Shown piece after piece: positions 50,303 to 60,061 of a DNA stretch of 64,000 nucleotides. A program made the translations under genes and the position numbers. The stretch's first letter is position 1; each line of letters opens with the position of its first letter. The DNA comes from Candidatus Latescibacterota bacterium (lineage in GTDB: Bacteria; Latescibacterota; UBA2968; UBA8231), in assembly GCA_965203175.1 (NCBI GenBank), contig OZ241867.1:4896001-4960000 (forward strand), given 5' to 3'. The notes under the pieces are model-generated. The model was not told where the DNA came from, did no database searches, and saw nothing but the letters and a program-made list of their open reading frames with translations.

Positions 50303-51625
50303 TCACGGCACCTGAACCGATTCTTCGGTGGGCACGTACCGGTTGAGCGCGTCGAGTGGTTGCTTGACATCACTCCACGCAACCTGATGAGGAAGCACAC
50401 CGGTCAGAGCTGCTCGGGCCGCACAGATGCCCGCCGCTTGGCCCATAGCCACGGCATTGCCGGTGACCCGATAGCTCGAATGAGCGATGAAATCCCCGCT
50501 GATGCAGCGCCCGGCCATGAGGAGCCCGTCCACGTCTCGGGCGATCAGTGACCTCAGGGGAATGTCGTAGGGCTGTGACCGATGCGGCTTGGCTTCGACC
50601 GCCTTGGTCTTTGCCGGATCGGTCGAATGCACATCGATCCCCATGGTCACGCGGCAGACAGCGTCGTCGAAACGCGCGCCCTCAAGCAGATCCTTTCCCG
50701 TCACTTCATAGCGACCGTGTATGCGACGCCCTTCCCGCACGCCGATCTGCGCCGCAGTGGATACAATGCGGATACCGGACCAGACCCCGCCTAGCTGCCG
50801 CAGCGCGGCCACCTGCTGGTGGACTTCGCGTCGGCCGCTGATGGTCGCCTGTGTAATTCGGTCCGGATCGTCGCAGGCCACACCGTATTGATGGTTCGAC
50901 ATCAACGCGAACAGGTCGTCGCGGATGCGGAACAGCGTCGGGTGGCCATACGACGGTGCCACGCCAATTTCGCTCATCAGCGCCCCCAAGCGCTCTTTGG
51001 GCTCGCGCAGAGACCCGCCCACATAGGGCTCCACCTCGTTAAAGCGAATGCCCCCGATCAGGGCCATCAGACTCATGGGTTGAACTGCACCTGTTTCCGG
51101 ATGGCCCATGTCGAACCCACAGCCGGCTTGCGCGCCCAGATCGCCGTCGCCGGTCGCATCGATAAAGGCTTTGGCATGCCAGGCTTCTCGCCCTGCCTTC
51201 GACTCCGTGATGACGACTGAAAGCCGATTATCCGAATCGCGTCCCGCTGCCACGACCCGCGTCAGCAGCCGAACATCGACGTCGGCCTCCAGACACATAT
51301 CGTCGAGCAGCCGCTTCATCTCCTCCACATCATAAGCGTAGTTCTTGCCGCCGTCGTGCCGCAGTCGCCTGGCATCGCGCTGATCCAACCGCGCCGTGAT
51401 CTCAGCCATGATCCCCGGCTTATTCGCCGAGTCGATAATCCAGCTAAGCGCTCCCGTGGTCCAAACACCGCCCAAGCAGCCGTGCAACTCGATCAGCCGC
51501 GTCTTTACCCCTTGGCGGGCAGCAGCAAGCGCCGCGGCTACACCCGCAGGTCCCCCACCACAGACGACCACGTCTGTTTCCTCAACGATGGGAACATCCT
51601 GGGCCGGTTCCCGATGCGATCTCAA
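50303..51625 (-). CDS. FAD-dependent oxidoreductase (FAD_oxidored family)
   Basis: VVVCGGGPAG, IDATGDGD, GVREGRRI.G, YDIPLRSL, AGRCIS; TTG start after AGGAGG. Confidence 0.88.
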   Translation of the reverse strand: MRSHREPAQDVPIVEETDVVVCGGGPAGVAAALAAARQGVKTRLIELHGCLGGVWTTGALSWIIDSANKPGIMAEITARLDQRDARRLRHDGGKNYAYDVEEMKRLLDDMCLEADVDVRLLTRVVAAGRDSDNRLSVVITESKAGREAWHAKAFIDATGDGDLGAQAGCGFDMGHPETGAVQPMSLMALIGGIRFNEVEPYVGGSLREPKERLGALMSEIGVAPSYGHPTLFRIRDDLFALMSNHQYGVACDDPDRITQATISGRREVHQQVAALRQLGGVWSGIRIVSTAAQIGVREGRRIHGRYEVTGKDLLEGARFDDAVCRVTMGIDVHSTDPAKTKAVEAKPHRSQPYDIPLRSLIARDVDGLLMAGRCISGDFIAHSSYRVTGNAVAMGQAAGICAARAALTGVLPHQVAWSDVKQPLDALNRYVPTEESVQVP

Positions 51626-51678
51626 GCTCTGTCCTCCTACTTCTGTCCCTGAATTGAATACCTAAGGCCACAGGAGAA

Positions 51679-53139
51679 TCACTGCGGCGTCGCGTTTCCC
51701 GCAAAGGGTCCGTACATGCCCTTCCCCCATTCGATCCGAGCCGTTTCCACCTTTGCGACGACTTTGGGGTCGGCCGGCGCTGATGCGATCTCTGCACCAT
51801 CTTGGGCGATCGCAATCCGGTCACCATCAGCGATGAATTCCAGTGTGGTTTCCCCTGCTCGCCAGGCCACTGGACCCGCGGCGCATCCCAGCTTGCGTAT
51901 CCGGTGCACCGTCCGATACTCGTTCCAGACCTCGTCGTGCAAAAACTCCATTCTCATGTCCCGTTCCGGACAACCCTTCGCACTTGTCGAGATGAAGAGC
52001 GAATCACCCATCGGGGCCAGGCCCGTGGTTCGATTGCCCCAGCCGTTCCAGACGAGCTCTGCGCCGTGCATCTCGTTGTAGCCAGTAACCCGATCTTCCC
52101 AAGGGTGGTTCATCTCGTCCGTGATTGCGGGATGCTCGAACATCCTGCGAACAAAGTGCCATTCGTCGCCGGGGTGGTCGTAGCGCCATAACTCAGCCCA
52201 CGGCCAGACCCCTACGTACACATCTCCCCCGAACAGGCAGGTTGTCTGCGCCTCGCGTACGGCAGTCGAAACACCGGGCATCACCGGCGGCCAATCCTCC
52301 AAGTGACGCAGCGCCGTCCCCTTTTTCACGTATTCCAGCAGGTTCCCAGTCGGATAGTGGCCGATCAGCATCCGATCATACCAGTTCAGCATCGAATAGA
52401 GTTGGTGGCTGACGCCCGTCTGAGACTGGCGAATGATCCTCCATGCCGCGCCGTCAAAGGCGTAGACTCCTCCAACATTCGAGGACTGAATGATCTCGTC
52501 GCCCAACTGCCCGGCGGCGAACGAGGTTTCGCCCGCATAGCGCAGATCCAGCGTAATCGCCTTGTCCAGATCGAGCGGACCGTCGCCCGGCCGCCACGGA
52601 ACCGCATGCAGCTTGCTCCATGCGGGGTCGTTGTTCTGATAGAAAACGAGGTGGCCGTGGGAGTAATAGAAATGGTGGTAATGGCCCTCGTCGGGCTGCA
52701 TCAGGATCTTCGCGCCGTCGCACCATGCCTCGCCGCCCTTGAACTGGAGCAGTTTTCCGGCCAGACGCATCATCCCTTCGCCGCTTGTCGTCTCCTTAAT
52801 GCCAAACCTTTCATCGACAACCCAAGCCTTGGATTCGTCATCGTACCATCGCGCAGTGCGATCGAGCTGACCGCTAAACTGGTAAACCTTGCCGTCGAGG
52901 TCGAACAGATAGTTGCCACCGTCGTCGGATGGAAACGGCAGCTTCTCGTACGTCACCTCTCCGCTGTCGTGACGCACGAAGAACTGCAGCGTCCAACGGT
53001 CCATGCGGAAGTGCGTATTGAAAAGCCCCATGAACCCCGCACCAAACAGCACCCGACCGTCGCTGTCTCGGGCTTCAAACACGGTACCTAGGTTCTGCCC
53101 TAGATCTTCCCCGAAGTTCACCTTTGCAGTAATCTGCAT
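51679..53139 (-). CDS. Hypothetical protein, beta-rich (possible propeller)
   Basis: 486-aa ORF with RBS GAGGA; repeated VY.FDG/GHYPTG/GVWPW segments. Confidence 0.65.
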   Translation of the reverse strand: MQITAKVNFGEDLGQNLGTVFEARDSDGRVLFGAGFMGLFNTHFRMDRWTLQFFVRHDSGEVTYEKLPFPSDDGGNYLFDLDGKVYQFSGQLDRTARWYDDESKAWVVDERFGIKETTSGEGMMRLAGKLLQFKGGEAWCDGAKILMQPDEGHYHHFYYSHGHLVFYQNNDPAWSKLHAVPWRPGDGPLDLDKAITLDLRYAGETSFAAGQLGDEIIQSSNVGGVYAFDGAAWRIIRQSQTGVSHQLYSMLNWYDRMLIGHYPTGNLLEYVKKGTALRHLEDWPPVMPGVSTAVREAQTTCLFGGDVYVGVWPWAELWRYDHPGDEWHFVRRMFEHPAITDEMNHPWEDRVTGYNEMHGAELVWNGWGNRTTGLAPMGDSLFISTSAKGCPERDMRMEFLHDEVWNEYRTVHRIRKLGCAAGPVAWRAGETTLEFIADGDRIAIAQDGAEIASAPADPKVVAKVETARIEWGKGMYGPFAGNATPQ

Positions 53140-53230
53140 GCCTATCCTCGTCTTGGTCTAGCTTTTGATTGTTATCCTGGGTGAAGAGGAATGACCTCTA
53201 CGACCTTGGTACGGATTGTTAAGAATAGGT

Positions 53231-53359
53231 GGGATTATAAAAGGCCTTTAGATGTGTGTCCAGCGGTGTGATTCCCTAGCGCCCCAACACAAGCGAGGCC
53301 GTCTCAAAGACACCTACACTGCTTGACCTGACCTCTCAAAGGTCCTTTATAATCCCTAT
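53231..53359. promoter_or_regulatory. Bidirectional promoter built from two inverted homologous arms
   Basis: Left arm minus strand TGGACA-N17-TATAAT; right arm TTGACC-N19-TATAAT; ends GGGATTATAAA / TTTATAATCCC. Confidence 0.65.
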
Positions 53360-53379
53360 CCATAAGGGAGATAGGTAAC

Positions 53380-54381
53380 ATGATTAAACTGGGTATGATC
53401 GGCTGTGGCGGCATGGGGGGTGCTCACATGCGGCGGTTTCACACTCTGAGCGATCGGGTCGCATTGACCGCGGTGGTCGATGTTGTTCCCGAGCGTGCAG
53501 AGGCCGTCGCGCAGCAATTTCCGGGAGCCTGTGTGGCGACAGATTATCGCGAGATTTTAGACTCGGTAGATGCCGTATTGCTCGCGCTACCCCACCATTT
53601 GCACGCTTCCGTAGGACAGGCGTGTCTCAATGCGGGCGTCCATGTCTTGCTCGAAAAACCCATGGCCAATAGTGAAGCCGCCTGCCAAGAACTGATGGAA
53701 GCATCTGCAACCTCGGGCAAGGTGCTGATGATTGCGTATTGCATGCGCTTTCATCCCATTGTCCAGCGTTTGCAAGCACTATTAGATGAAGGCGCGTACG
53801 GCGATGTATTTCAAGTGTCGATCTGGACCGAGCAACTCACTCGCTACCCCCCCGATCACTGGGCTTCGAGCCAAGAGCGCTTGGGCGGCGGGCAGTTGTT
53901 TAGTCACGGCTGTCATTACATCGATTTGCTGCTCTGGTTTTTGGGCCGACCCGTGCAGGGCATGCACATGGGTACCAATTTTGGCACGCCGTGGATGGAG
54001 CGCGAAGGCACGAGCAATGTGACGATGGAATTTGCCGATGGCCGCCTAGGGTATCACTTCGGCACTTGGGGCGCGCGGGGCACCCGATTGCGCTACTCAA
54101 TCCACGCGCATTGCACCGAAGGTATGCTCGACGCCGATATCTCCGGCGGCAAACTCGTGCATATCCTACGCGGTCAAGAGGAAGTTTTGTTCGAAGCAGA
54201 GCCGGGCAAACACACGGAAAACGAGATGGCCCATTTCCTCGATTGCATTGAAACCGGTCAAACGCCGCTGACCGATGGCAAAAGCAGCTTGCAGGGCCTG
54301 CGCGTGATCTGGCGGCTATACGAAGCCGAGCAAGCAGGGCATATTGCAGATTTGACGGGCTTGGGTTTGGACGAGGCCTGA
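53380..54381 (+). CDS. Gfo/Idh/MocA oxidoreductase
   Basis: GMIGCGGMG, HVLLEKP, GGG...HGCH.ID. Confidence 0.92.
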   Translation: MIKLGMIGCGGMGGAHMRRFHTLSDRVALTAVVDVVPERAEAVAQQFPGACVATDYREILDSVDAVLLALPHHLHASVGQACLNAGVHVLLEKPMANSEAACQELMEASATSGKVLMIAYCMRFHPIVQRLQALLDEGAYGDVFQVSIWTEQLTRYPPDHWASSQERLGGGQLFSHGCHYIDLLLWFLGRPVQGMHMGTNFGTPWMEREGTSNVTMEFADGRLGYHFGTWGARGTRLRYSIHAHCTEGMLDADISGGKLVHILRGQEEVLFEAEPGKHTENEMAHFLDCIETGQTPLTDGKSSLQGLRVIWRLYEAEQAGHIADLTGLGLDEA

Positions 54382-54388
54382 CCTGCGA

Positions 54389-55456
54389 CTACGCACTGTA
54401 TTGCTCAATCTTTGCTTCGTCCACTTCAACGCCCAATCCCGGTCCCAACGGCACGCGGATGCGTCCATTTTCAAACTGCAACGGTTTGGCCAGCACATCA
54501 TCCGTCAGGCCGTGGTAGCAGGTGTCGTTTGGTCCAGAAAAATTGGGGGTTGCTGCCGCGATATGCGTAATAGCGGCGGTCTTGAGTCCAAGGTCGTGCG
54601 AACAGTGCATCAGGCATGGCACGTCATACGCCCCTGCGACAGTAGCGACTTTCTTGACAGGTAGCACTCCACCCGCCGCTGGGGTGTCTGGCATCAGCAT
54701 ATCAGCGACCTCGTTGGCGAGCAGGTTCACAACGGCGTCCGCAGTGCTAACGCCCGTGTTCACCAAGATTCCCATGCCGATTTCCGTCCGGCACCGGATT
54801 AGCGCGTCGGGGTACTCGGGCGAGCACGGGTCTTCAAAATAGCGAATCCCAAGGTCTTTCATTTTTCGCATTGTAACTTCTGCCTCTTCGGGGGAATACC
54901 CGCTGTTTGCATCTGGGCGGAGTATGGCTTGGTCGCCAACAGCGGCTTGTATCGCCTCGGCTATCTGCAGGTCCTGTTCGGAGTCGTCCCCCGCTTTTGT
55001 TTTTAAGAAGCGAAACCCCCACCGCTCCATGTACTCGCGGGCGGTTGCCGCGGACTCCGATGGGGCCTTGAGTCCCATGCAGGCGCAGAAGTCCACTTCC
55101 TCCCGCACCACACCGCCGAGCAGTTTACAGACCGGCAAATCCGCTCCCTTGCCCATGGCATCCCAAAGTGCCATCTCAATACCAGACATCGGGCCTTTGC
55201 TGATGCCCCCTGCTTCCAGCGCTGCGATGGCCCCTTCGATATTGGCCACATCTTTGCCCGCCAGAATTGCGTTTGGGTCCGTTTCGAACCTGCCCGTTCC
55301 TTCGCCCCAACCCACTACATCCGCGTCTGTTTCTATTTTCACAATGAGTCCCGCTGCGCCCAAAGTGCCGCTACCACCACCGCGCCCGACGTAAGGGCCA
55401 ACGGGAGAAGCGTATGGGATTGTGACGCTGGTTCCTATAATCCGCTTGATCTTCAT
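54389..55456 (-). CDS. Mandelate racemase/muconate lactonizing enzyme family
   Basis: GWGE, IEMALWDAMGK, KTK, DAN, FEDP, GPGLGVEVD. Confidence 0.88.
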   Translation of the reverse strand: MKIKRIIGTSVTIPYASPVGPYVGRGGGSGTLGAAGLIVKIETDADVVGWGEGTGRFETDPNAILAGKDVANIEGAIAALEAGGISKGPMSGIEMALWDAMGKGADLPVCKLLGGVVREEVDFCACMGLKAPSESAATAREYMERWGFRFLKTKAGDDSEQDLQIAEAIQAAVGDQAILRPDANSGYSPEEAEVTMRKMKDLGIRYFEDPCSPEYPDALIRCRTEIGMGILVNTGVSTADAVVNLLANEVADMLMPDTPAAGGVLPVKKVATVAGAYDVPCLMHCSHDLGLKTAAITHIAAATPNFSGPNDTCYHGLTDDVLAKPLQFENGRIRVPLGPGLGVEVDEAKIEQYSA

Positions 55457-55642
55457 TTTCGCACCTCGAAATAAGATTTGTGGTTTCCGCTTGGCGTAGC
55501 CTAACACCCTTCGTGCCTTGTTGTCAATGTTTGGCTGGTTCCTGTTGACGAGTGTTCGGGGGGCGTTACCTTACGGGAAGACTTCACGGGTGCATCGAAC
55601 GCAGCGCAAAACCAACCTTCTACGGAGGTCGATCCGCCGGTA

Positions 55643-56458
55643 ATGATGATCTCGGAAAAAGACAAAGAGACGTACGCCGAGCAAGGGTTTCTCGTTCTGC
55701 GTCAAGCCTTTACTCAAACTCGCATCGCGACACTGCTCGAAGGGATCGAACGCCTGATCGACAAGGGGCTTGCGGGAGAGTGCGAGATAGGCTGGATTGA
55801 CCGCGAGCGCCGTCTGCCGTCCCGCACTGGCCACCTGCTCAACCCCGATAAGTACCACCCTGCCTTCGCCGATTGGATCGACGCGGATCTCGCACCCCAT
55901 CTCGAAGCCCTCGTCTCCGGCCCGAGAGTGCGTCACAGCCTGTTCGGCATGCTCGCCAGCGGCGGCGAGAAGCCCTACACCCAGAATTGGCACCGCGACC
56001 TCTGCAAACCGGGCGACGAGGAAGAAACCGCGTACCTGCGCCGACACGAGGGCACCTTCGTACAGTTCAACGCCCCGCTCGTTTCCGGAGACCGCTTCCT
56101 CAATATCGTCCCCGGGAGTCACCTGCGAGCGTCGACTGCCGCGGAAATCGAAGCGTCCCGCAACGAATCGGGAGACATGCCCAACGCCCACGTCGTCGAA
56201 CTGGAACCGGGCGACATCGCCTACTACAACGCCAACCTCTGGCACCGAGGCTGGAACCCAGAGGGACGCAAGCGCTGGACCATGCACTGCGCCTTCTGGA
56301 GCGCTGGGACGAAGGTGATGACGCACGAGTACGGACAGCGCGAACAACTGACCCAACAGGGGCATCTAGAGCAAATGCCCCCCATTACGCGGCAGTACAT
56401 ACAGAGCTACCTCGACAACTATCCCGAGGCAGACCCGCCCTCCATGTTCGACCTGTAG
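55643..56458 (+). CDS. PhyH-family dioxygenase
   Basis: QGFLVL, WHRD, VPGSH, PGD, LWHRG. Confidence 0.85.
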   Translation: MMISEKDKETYAEQGFLVLRQAFTQTRIATLLEGIERLIDKGLAGECEIGWIDRERRLPSRTGHLLNPDKYHPAFADWIDADLAPHLEALVSGPRVRHSLFGMLASGGEKPYTQNWHRDLCKPGDEEETAYLRRHEGTFVQFNAPLVSGDRFLNIVPGSHLRASTAAEIEASRNESGDMPNAHVVELEPGDIAYYNANLWHRGWNPEGRKRWTMHCAFWSAGTKVMTHEYGQREQLTQQGHLEQMPPITRQYIQSYLDNYPEADPPSMFDL

Positions 56459-56517
56459 CCATAGCTTGATCGTCCAACCAGGTCTTGCTTCGTCCGCGAT
56501 GAGTTCGGGATTTGGTT

Positions 56518-57639
56518 CTATGTAGGCCCCTCCTGTGGCGGCGCTTCCGTTCCTTTGGCTTTCAAATGGTGTTTGATATGAACGTCTCTCTGGTTGTCGG
56601 TCTTCCTGATACTTTGCGTTGCGTCAACGTTAACTGAGTAACCCAACCCCACCATCTCAGCTTCATCGAGAATCACTCTCGCCGCCTTCGCCAACGCAAA
56701 TGCTCTTTCCGTGTCGATCATCGCGCTCATGCCGCGTCCGCCAACGTTCGCCTCGAAGTATCTCCACTTGTTGAAGGTGTGACGTCCATTCCTGAGCACT
56801 TCTTTAACTTCGGTGAAGTCGGCTTCGATCCGCACTCTACTGTCTAAGGGTAAGTCGCGGTACAATCGGAATAGGTCGTGGCTCTTCCTAGCTTCATCCT
56901 TCCGGGTCAAGCGTATGGCTTTCATCGCCAACTCGCACGCAAAGGCGGCCATCATTGCAACCGTCATCGTGGAACCCATCCTCTTCATCAGTTCGTATTC
57001 GTGGGTCTTGGAATGTTCGCCTAGCTCTTTCTCAGACAGGTAAATCGTTGCACTACCATCGTCGTTCACATCAAAGTCCGAGAAACGGGCTACGGACATC
57101 TCTCTCGGTAGCCGCTCTACTCCCGACATCAAGACTCTAGCCTGCAGAAAGAAGAATCCCGCCGACCCGGCTGGAAAGTCACTTCGAGTCAGCCATCCGT
57201 CCTTGTTTCCCTCGGACGCCTGTACCTCGACACGTTGAAGAAACTCCTCACGTGTTTGACGATCCATGTGATGGAAGACCTTTTGGACGAACGTTGAGTC
57301 ATCGCTGTACTTAGGGGCGTGTCCCCAGCCCATATTCAACATATTTAATCCACTCTCTTTTGACATTCGCTCATATTCGTCCTTGGCGTCGTCCCCTTCC
57401 AGGAGCAAACCGCATACGCGACACCGAATTCCCGTCAGTAAGTGCTCATCATCTTTCCTACCGATTAGCCCTCCCCAGCAGCGCTTGCACCGCCCCTTCA
57501 ACCTAGCTCTCCTTTCGTTTCCAGGCCTAAAACTCCCTAAATTCATCCACATATCATCCAAGTCCCAGTTCCATTCGATCTTTATCGGTCCGAGGGGCCT
57601 CGGCGCGTCAGTCTGCTCACTGGAGTCCTTATCCATCAT
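56518..57639 (-). CDS. Hypothetical protein with N-terminal Zn-ribbon and probable HEPN domain
   Basis: CKRC...CRVC; FACELAMKA...KSHDL..LY..L...F..WRY. Confidence 0.6.
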   Translation of the reverse strand: MMDKDSSEQTDAPRPLGPIKIEWNWDLDDMWMNLGSFRPGNERRARLKGRCKRCWGGLIGRKDDEHLLTGIRCRVCGLLLEGDDAKDEYERMSKESGLNMLNMGWGHAPKYSDDSTFVQKVFHHMDRQTREEFLQRVEVQASEGNKDGWLTRSDFPAGSAGFFFLQARVLMSGVERLPREMSVARFSDFDVNDDGSATIYLSEKELGEHSKTHEYELMKRMGSTMTVAMMAAFACELAMKAIRLTRKDEARKSHDLFRLYRDLPLDSRVRIEADFTEVKEVLRNGRHTFNKWRYFEANVGGRGMSAMIDTERAFALAKAARVILDEAEMVGLGYSVNVDATQSIRKTDNQRDVHIKHHLKAKGTEAPPQEGPT

Positions 57640-57901
57640 TGTTGCTTCCTTTCCTAATTCGGTTGAATGTTGGCTTACTCGCCCTGCCTAGTTGTACCGG
57701 CAGATGTTGATCAGCGCTTGGCTCGGCTGCTGCGAGCCCTATCGAAAAACAGGGAGCCTACCCTGCCCTTCGGGTGCGTTCAGCACCTTGAGAGAAGCCC
57801 CCAAAAGCTCCTTATTTTACCTACACGCTATAAAAATTGATGCGGCAGATTTTGTTTGCAAACCCGATGCAGTAGTGATATGCGATACTGTGATGGCATA
57901 A

Positions 57902-58046
57902 GAAGCTGTCTGAAAACTAGGGTTTCGGTCTCTCACTCGGCTCAAAGTATCTAGGACCGAGGGCGTTTCGCCCTATGAAAAACGCTTGGCACCAGGGCCG
58001 GTCGACAGCCCGAAAAGCAGCCCGAGGGGAGTCTTCAGACGGCTTC
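57902..58046. mobile_element. 145-bp MITE, IS5-family-like ends, TAA target duplication
   Basis: TIRs GAAGCTGTCTGAAAACT / reverse complement GAAGCCGTCTGAAGACT (15/17); TAA at 57899-57901 and 58047-58049. Confidence 0.7.
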
Positions 58047-58105
58047 TAAGAGGCTTCGGCATTTTAGTATTATTATTTTGCACGGTGAAACGGAGATAGA
58101 CGGCA

Positions 58106-59047
58106 ATGAGTGCAAAATACGAATGGATCTGCGTCACTGAGAGCGCGGCCTTCGCGGCGCGCGATGGTGCTGGCGCACTGGTGTTCCAAGATAAAATGTG
58201 GCTACTGGGCGGCTGGAATCCCGGCGATAAAGTCCACTTCCCGCTGATCTGCAACAGCGAGGTCTGGTCGTCGGTCGATGGCACCTCCTGGACGCTTGAG
58301 AATCCCCAAGCGCCCTGGGAAGGAAGGCATACAGCCGGATATGTGGTGCACAACGACCGGATGTGGATCGTGGGCGGCGATTGCAATCAAGGCCATTATC
58401 AGAACGATGTCTGGAGCAGTGCGGACGGTATTCATTGGGCTCTAGCTAATGATCACGTGCCGTGGGCTCCCCGAGTGCTTCATTATACCCTGGCCTTCGA
58501 CGGCAGAATCTGGGTTATGGGTGGGCAAACCATTCCCAATTTTGCCGACGCTGACGAGGTCTTCCACAACGACGTGTGGAGTTCGGAAGATGGGGTAAAC
58601 TGGACCCGAGTTACCGAGAGTGCTCCGTGGGTGCCCAGAGGGATGATCGGCGGAGCCGCTGTGCACGACAACAGGATGTGGATTCTGGGTGGAGGCACAT
58701 ACGATACGCCTGCAACTCCCATGCGCAATTTCTACAATGATGTGTGGAGTTCGGACGACGGGATTAACTGGAAACAGCACACAGCGCACGCCCCGTGGAC
58801 GCCCAGACAATACCACGAGGTGGCCGCGTTCGATGACCATCTGTGGGTGTTAGAAGGCTACGCGGCAGAGAGCGGTAATCGTCGCGATGTGTGGTATTCA
58901 CCCGATGGCGTAAACTGGACCGAATTGCCCGATACCCCTTGGGCACCTCGCCATGCCGGGAGCGTGTTCGTGTACGACGGGTCGCTGTGGATGGTGGCGG
59001 GGAATAATATGGAGCCAGATGCTTGGAGGCTTACGCGCAGGAAATAG
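58106..59047 (+). CDS. Kelch-like beta-propeller repeat protein
   Basis: About 6 repeats of PW..R......(M/I)W..GG...NDVWSS.DG..W. Confidence 0.8.
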   Translation: MSAKYEWICVTESAAFAARDGAGALVFQDKMWLLGGWNPGDKVHFPLICNSEVWSSVDGTSWTLENPQAPWEGRHTAGYVVHNDRMWIVGGDCNQGHYQNDVWSSADGIHWALANDHVPWAPRVLHYTLAFDGRIWVMGGQTIPNFADADEVFHNDVWSSEDGVNWTRVTESAPWVPRGMIGGAAVHDNRMWILGGGTYDTPATPMRNFYNDVWSSDDGINWKQHTAHAPWTPRQYHEVAAFDDHLWVLEGYAAESGNRRDVWYSPDGVNWTELPDTPWAPRHAGSVFVYDGSLWMVAGNNMEPDAWRLTRRK

Positions 59048-59054
59048 GTGTCTT

Positions 59055-59900
59055 ATGGACCGCAGAATGGAAGAATACCGCGCTCAGGGTTATACCGTAT
59101 TCGAGGGGCTGTACGACGAAGCCACCATGCAGGCCTGGCGCGCCGAGCAGGATCGGCTACAAACCATCTCCACGAAGGGACCCGGCGTGCAAGAACCGAC
59201 CACTTGGTTCGGCAATATGCTCGAACGAGCGCCGCAATTGATGTGGCCAGCAGTGGCTCATCCGGCCATTCTCGACTTTGCCGAGCAAGTGGTGGGACCT
59301 TTCGTGCAACTCGACAACCTCACCTTAGCCGCCTTTCCCTCCATGGATCCGGAAGAAGCCGCTGGCAAGGTCAGTGCTTGGCACCGAGATCGCTGGGCTC
59401 GCATGCCCAACGGCGCGTACGAACGCCCGCTGGCCTTTAATGCTATCTGCTATCTGCAGGACCTGGACGACGAGTACGGCCCACTCAGAGTGCTGCCCGG
59501 TTCTCACGTCGAACCCATCGCCTTAGCCGAAGAAGAAATCCGCAAGCCGCACCAAGACGAACTGTTGATCTACATGAAAGCCGGCGATGTGGTTTTGACC
59601 CACAATGGCCTGCTGCACTCGGGGACGCCCAATACCTCGGGACGCAAGCGCTACTTCTTCAGTGTGTACTACAATATCTCCTGGCTCAAACACACGGATA
59701 CGTTCACCGGACCCAACTGCCAACAACTCATCAATTGGGCCCGGAGCCGACAGGACCACCGGGCCCTACGCTTGCTGGGTCAAGACGAGCACTTGCAGAG
59801 CCGCGCCAACAGCGGTTTCCAGCAACCCGACGAAGCGCGCTGGCGTCAGTGGGCCCAAGCCGACCAACAAGCAATGGAAGAGGCCACCATGCAAGAATAG
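59055..59900 (+). CDS. PhyH-family dioxygenase
   Basis: QGYTVF, WHRD, LPGSH, AGDV, LHSG..NTS. Confidence 0.85.
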   Translation: MDRRMEEYRAQGYTVFEGLYDEATMQAWRAEQDRLQTISTKGPGVQEPTTWFGNMLERAPQLMWPAVAHPAILDFAEQVVGPFVQLDNLTLAAFPSMDPEEAAGKVSAWHRDRWARMPNGAYERPLAFNAICYLQDLDDEYGPLRVLPGSHVEPIALAEEEIRKPHQDELLIYMKAGDVVLTHNGLLHSGTPNTSGRKRYFFSVYYNISWLKHTDTFTGPNCQQLINWARSRQDHRALRLLGQDEHLQSRANSGFQQPDEARWRQWAQADQQAMEEATMQE

Positions 59901-59932
59901 TTCGGTTTCGGTCTCCCGTCAAAACGACGGAG

Positions 59933-59973
59933 GACACGATGTTAGCTTTCAAACTACCTAAACCGAGTGTGAC
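59933..59973 (+). repeat. Duplicated 5' stub of the acyltransferase gene
   Basis: 38/41 nt identical to 62202-62242; encodes MLAFKLPKPSVT vs MLAFKPPKPSVT. Confidence 0.8.
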
Positions 59974-60061
59974 AGCGCGGCGGTTGTCGCCGAAAGCGGG
60001 AACGCGGTGGCAGTATAGGAAGGGGAGAGTTGGCTCGTCAGCCAATACCTCTTTATCCTCC

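Noticed and set aside
58106-59047. Internal DNA repeats as a diversity-generating retroelement template/variable pair
   Set aside because: Explained by propeller blade repeats; no adenine-specific mismatch pattern noticed and no reverse transcriptase.
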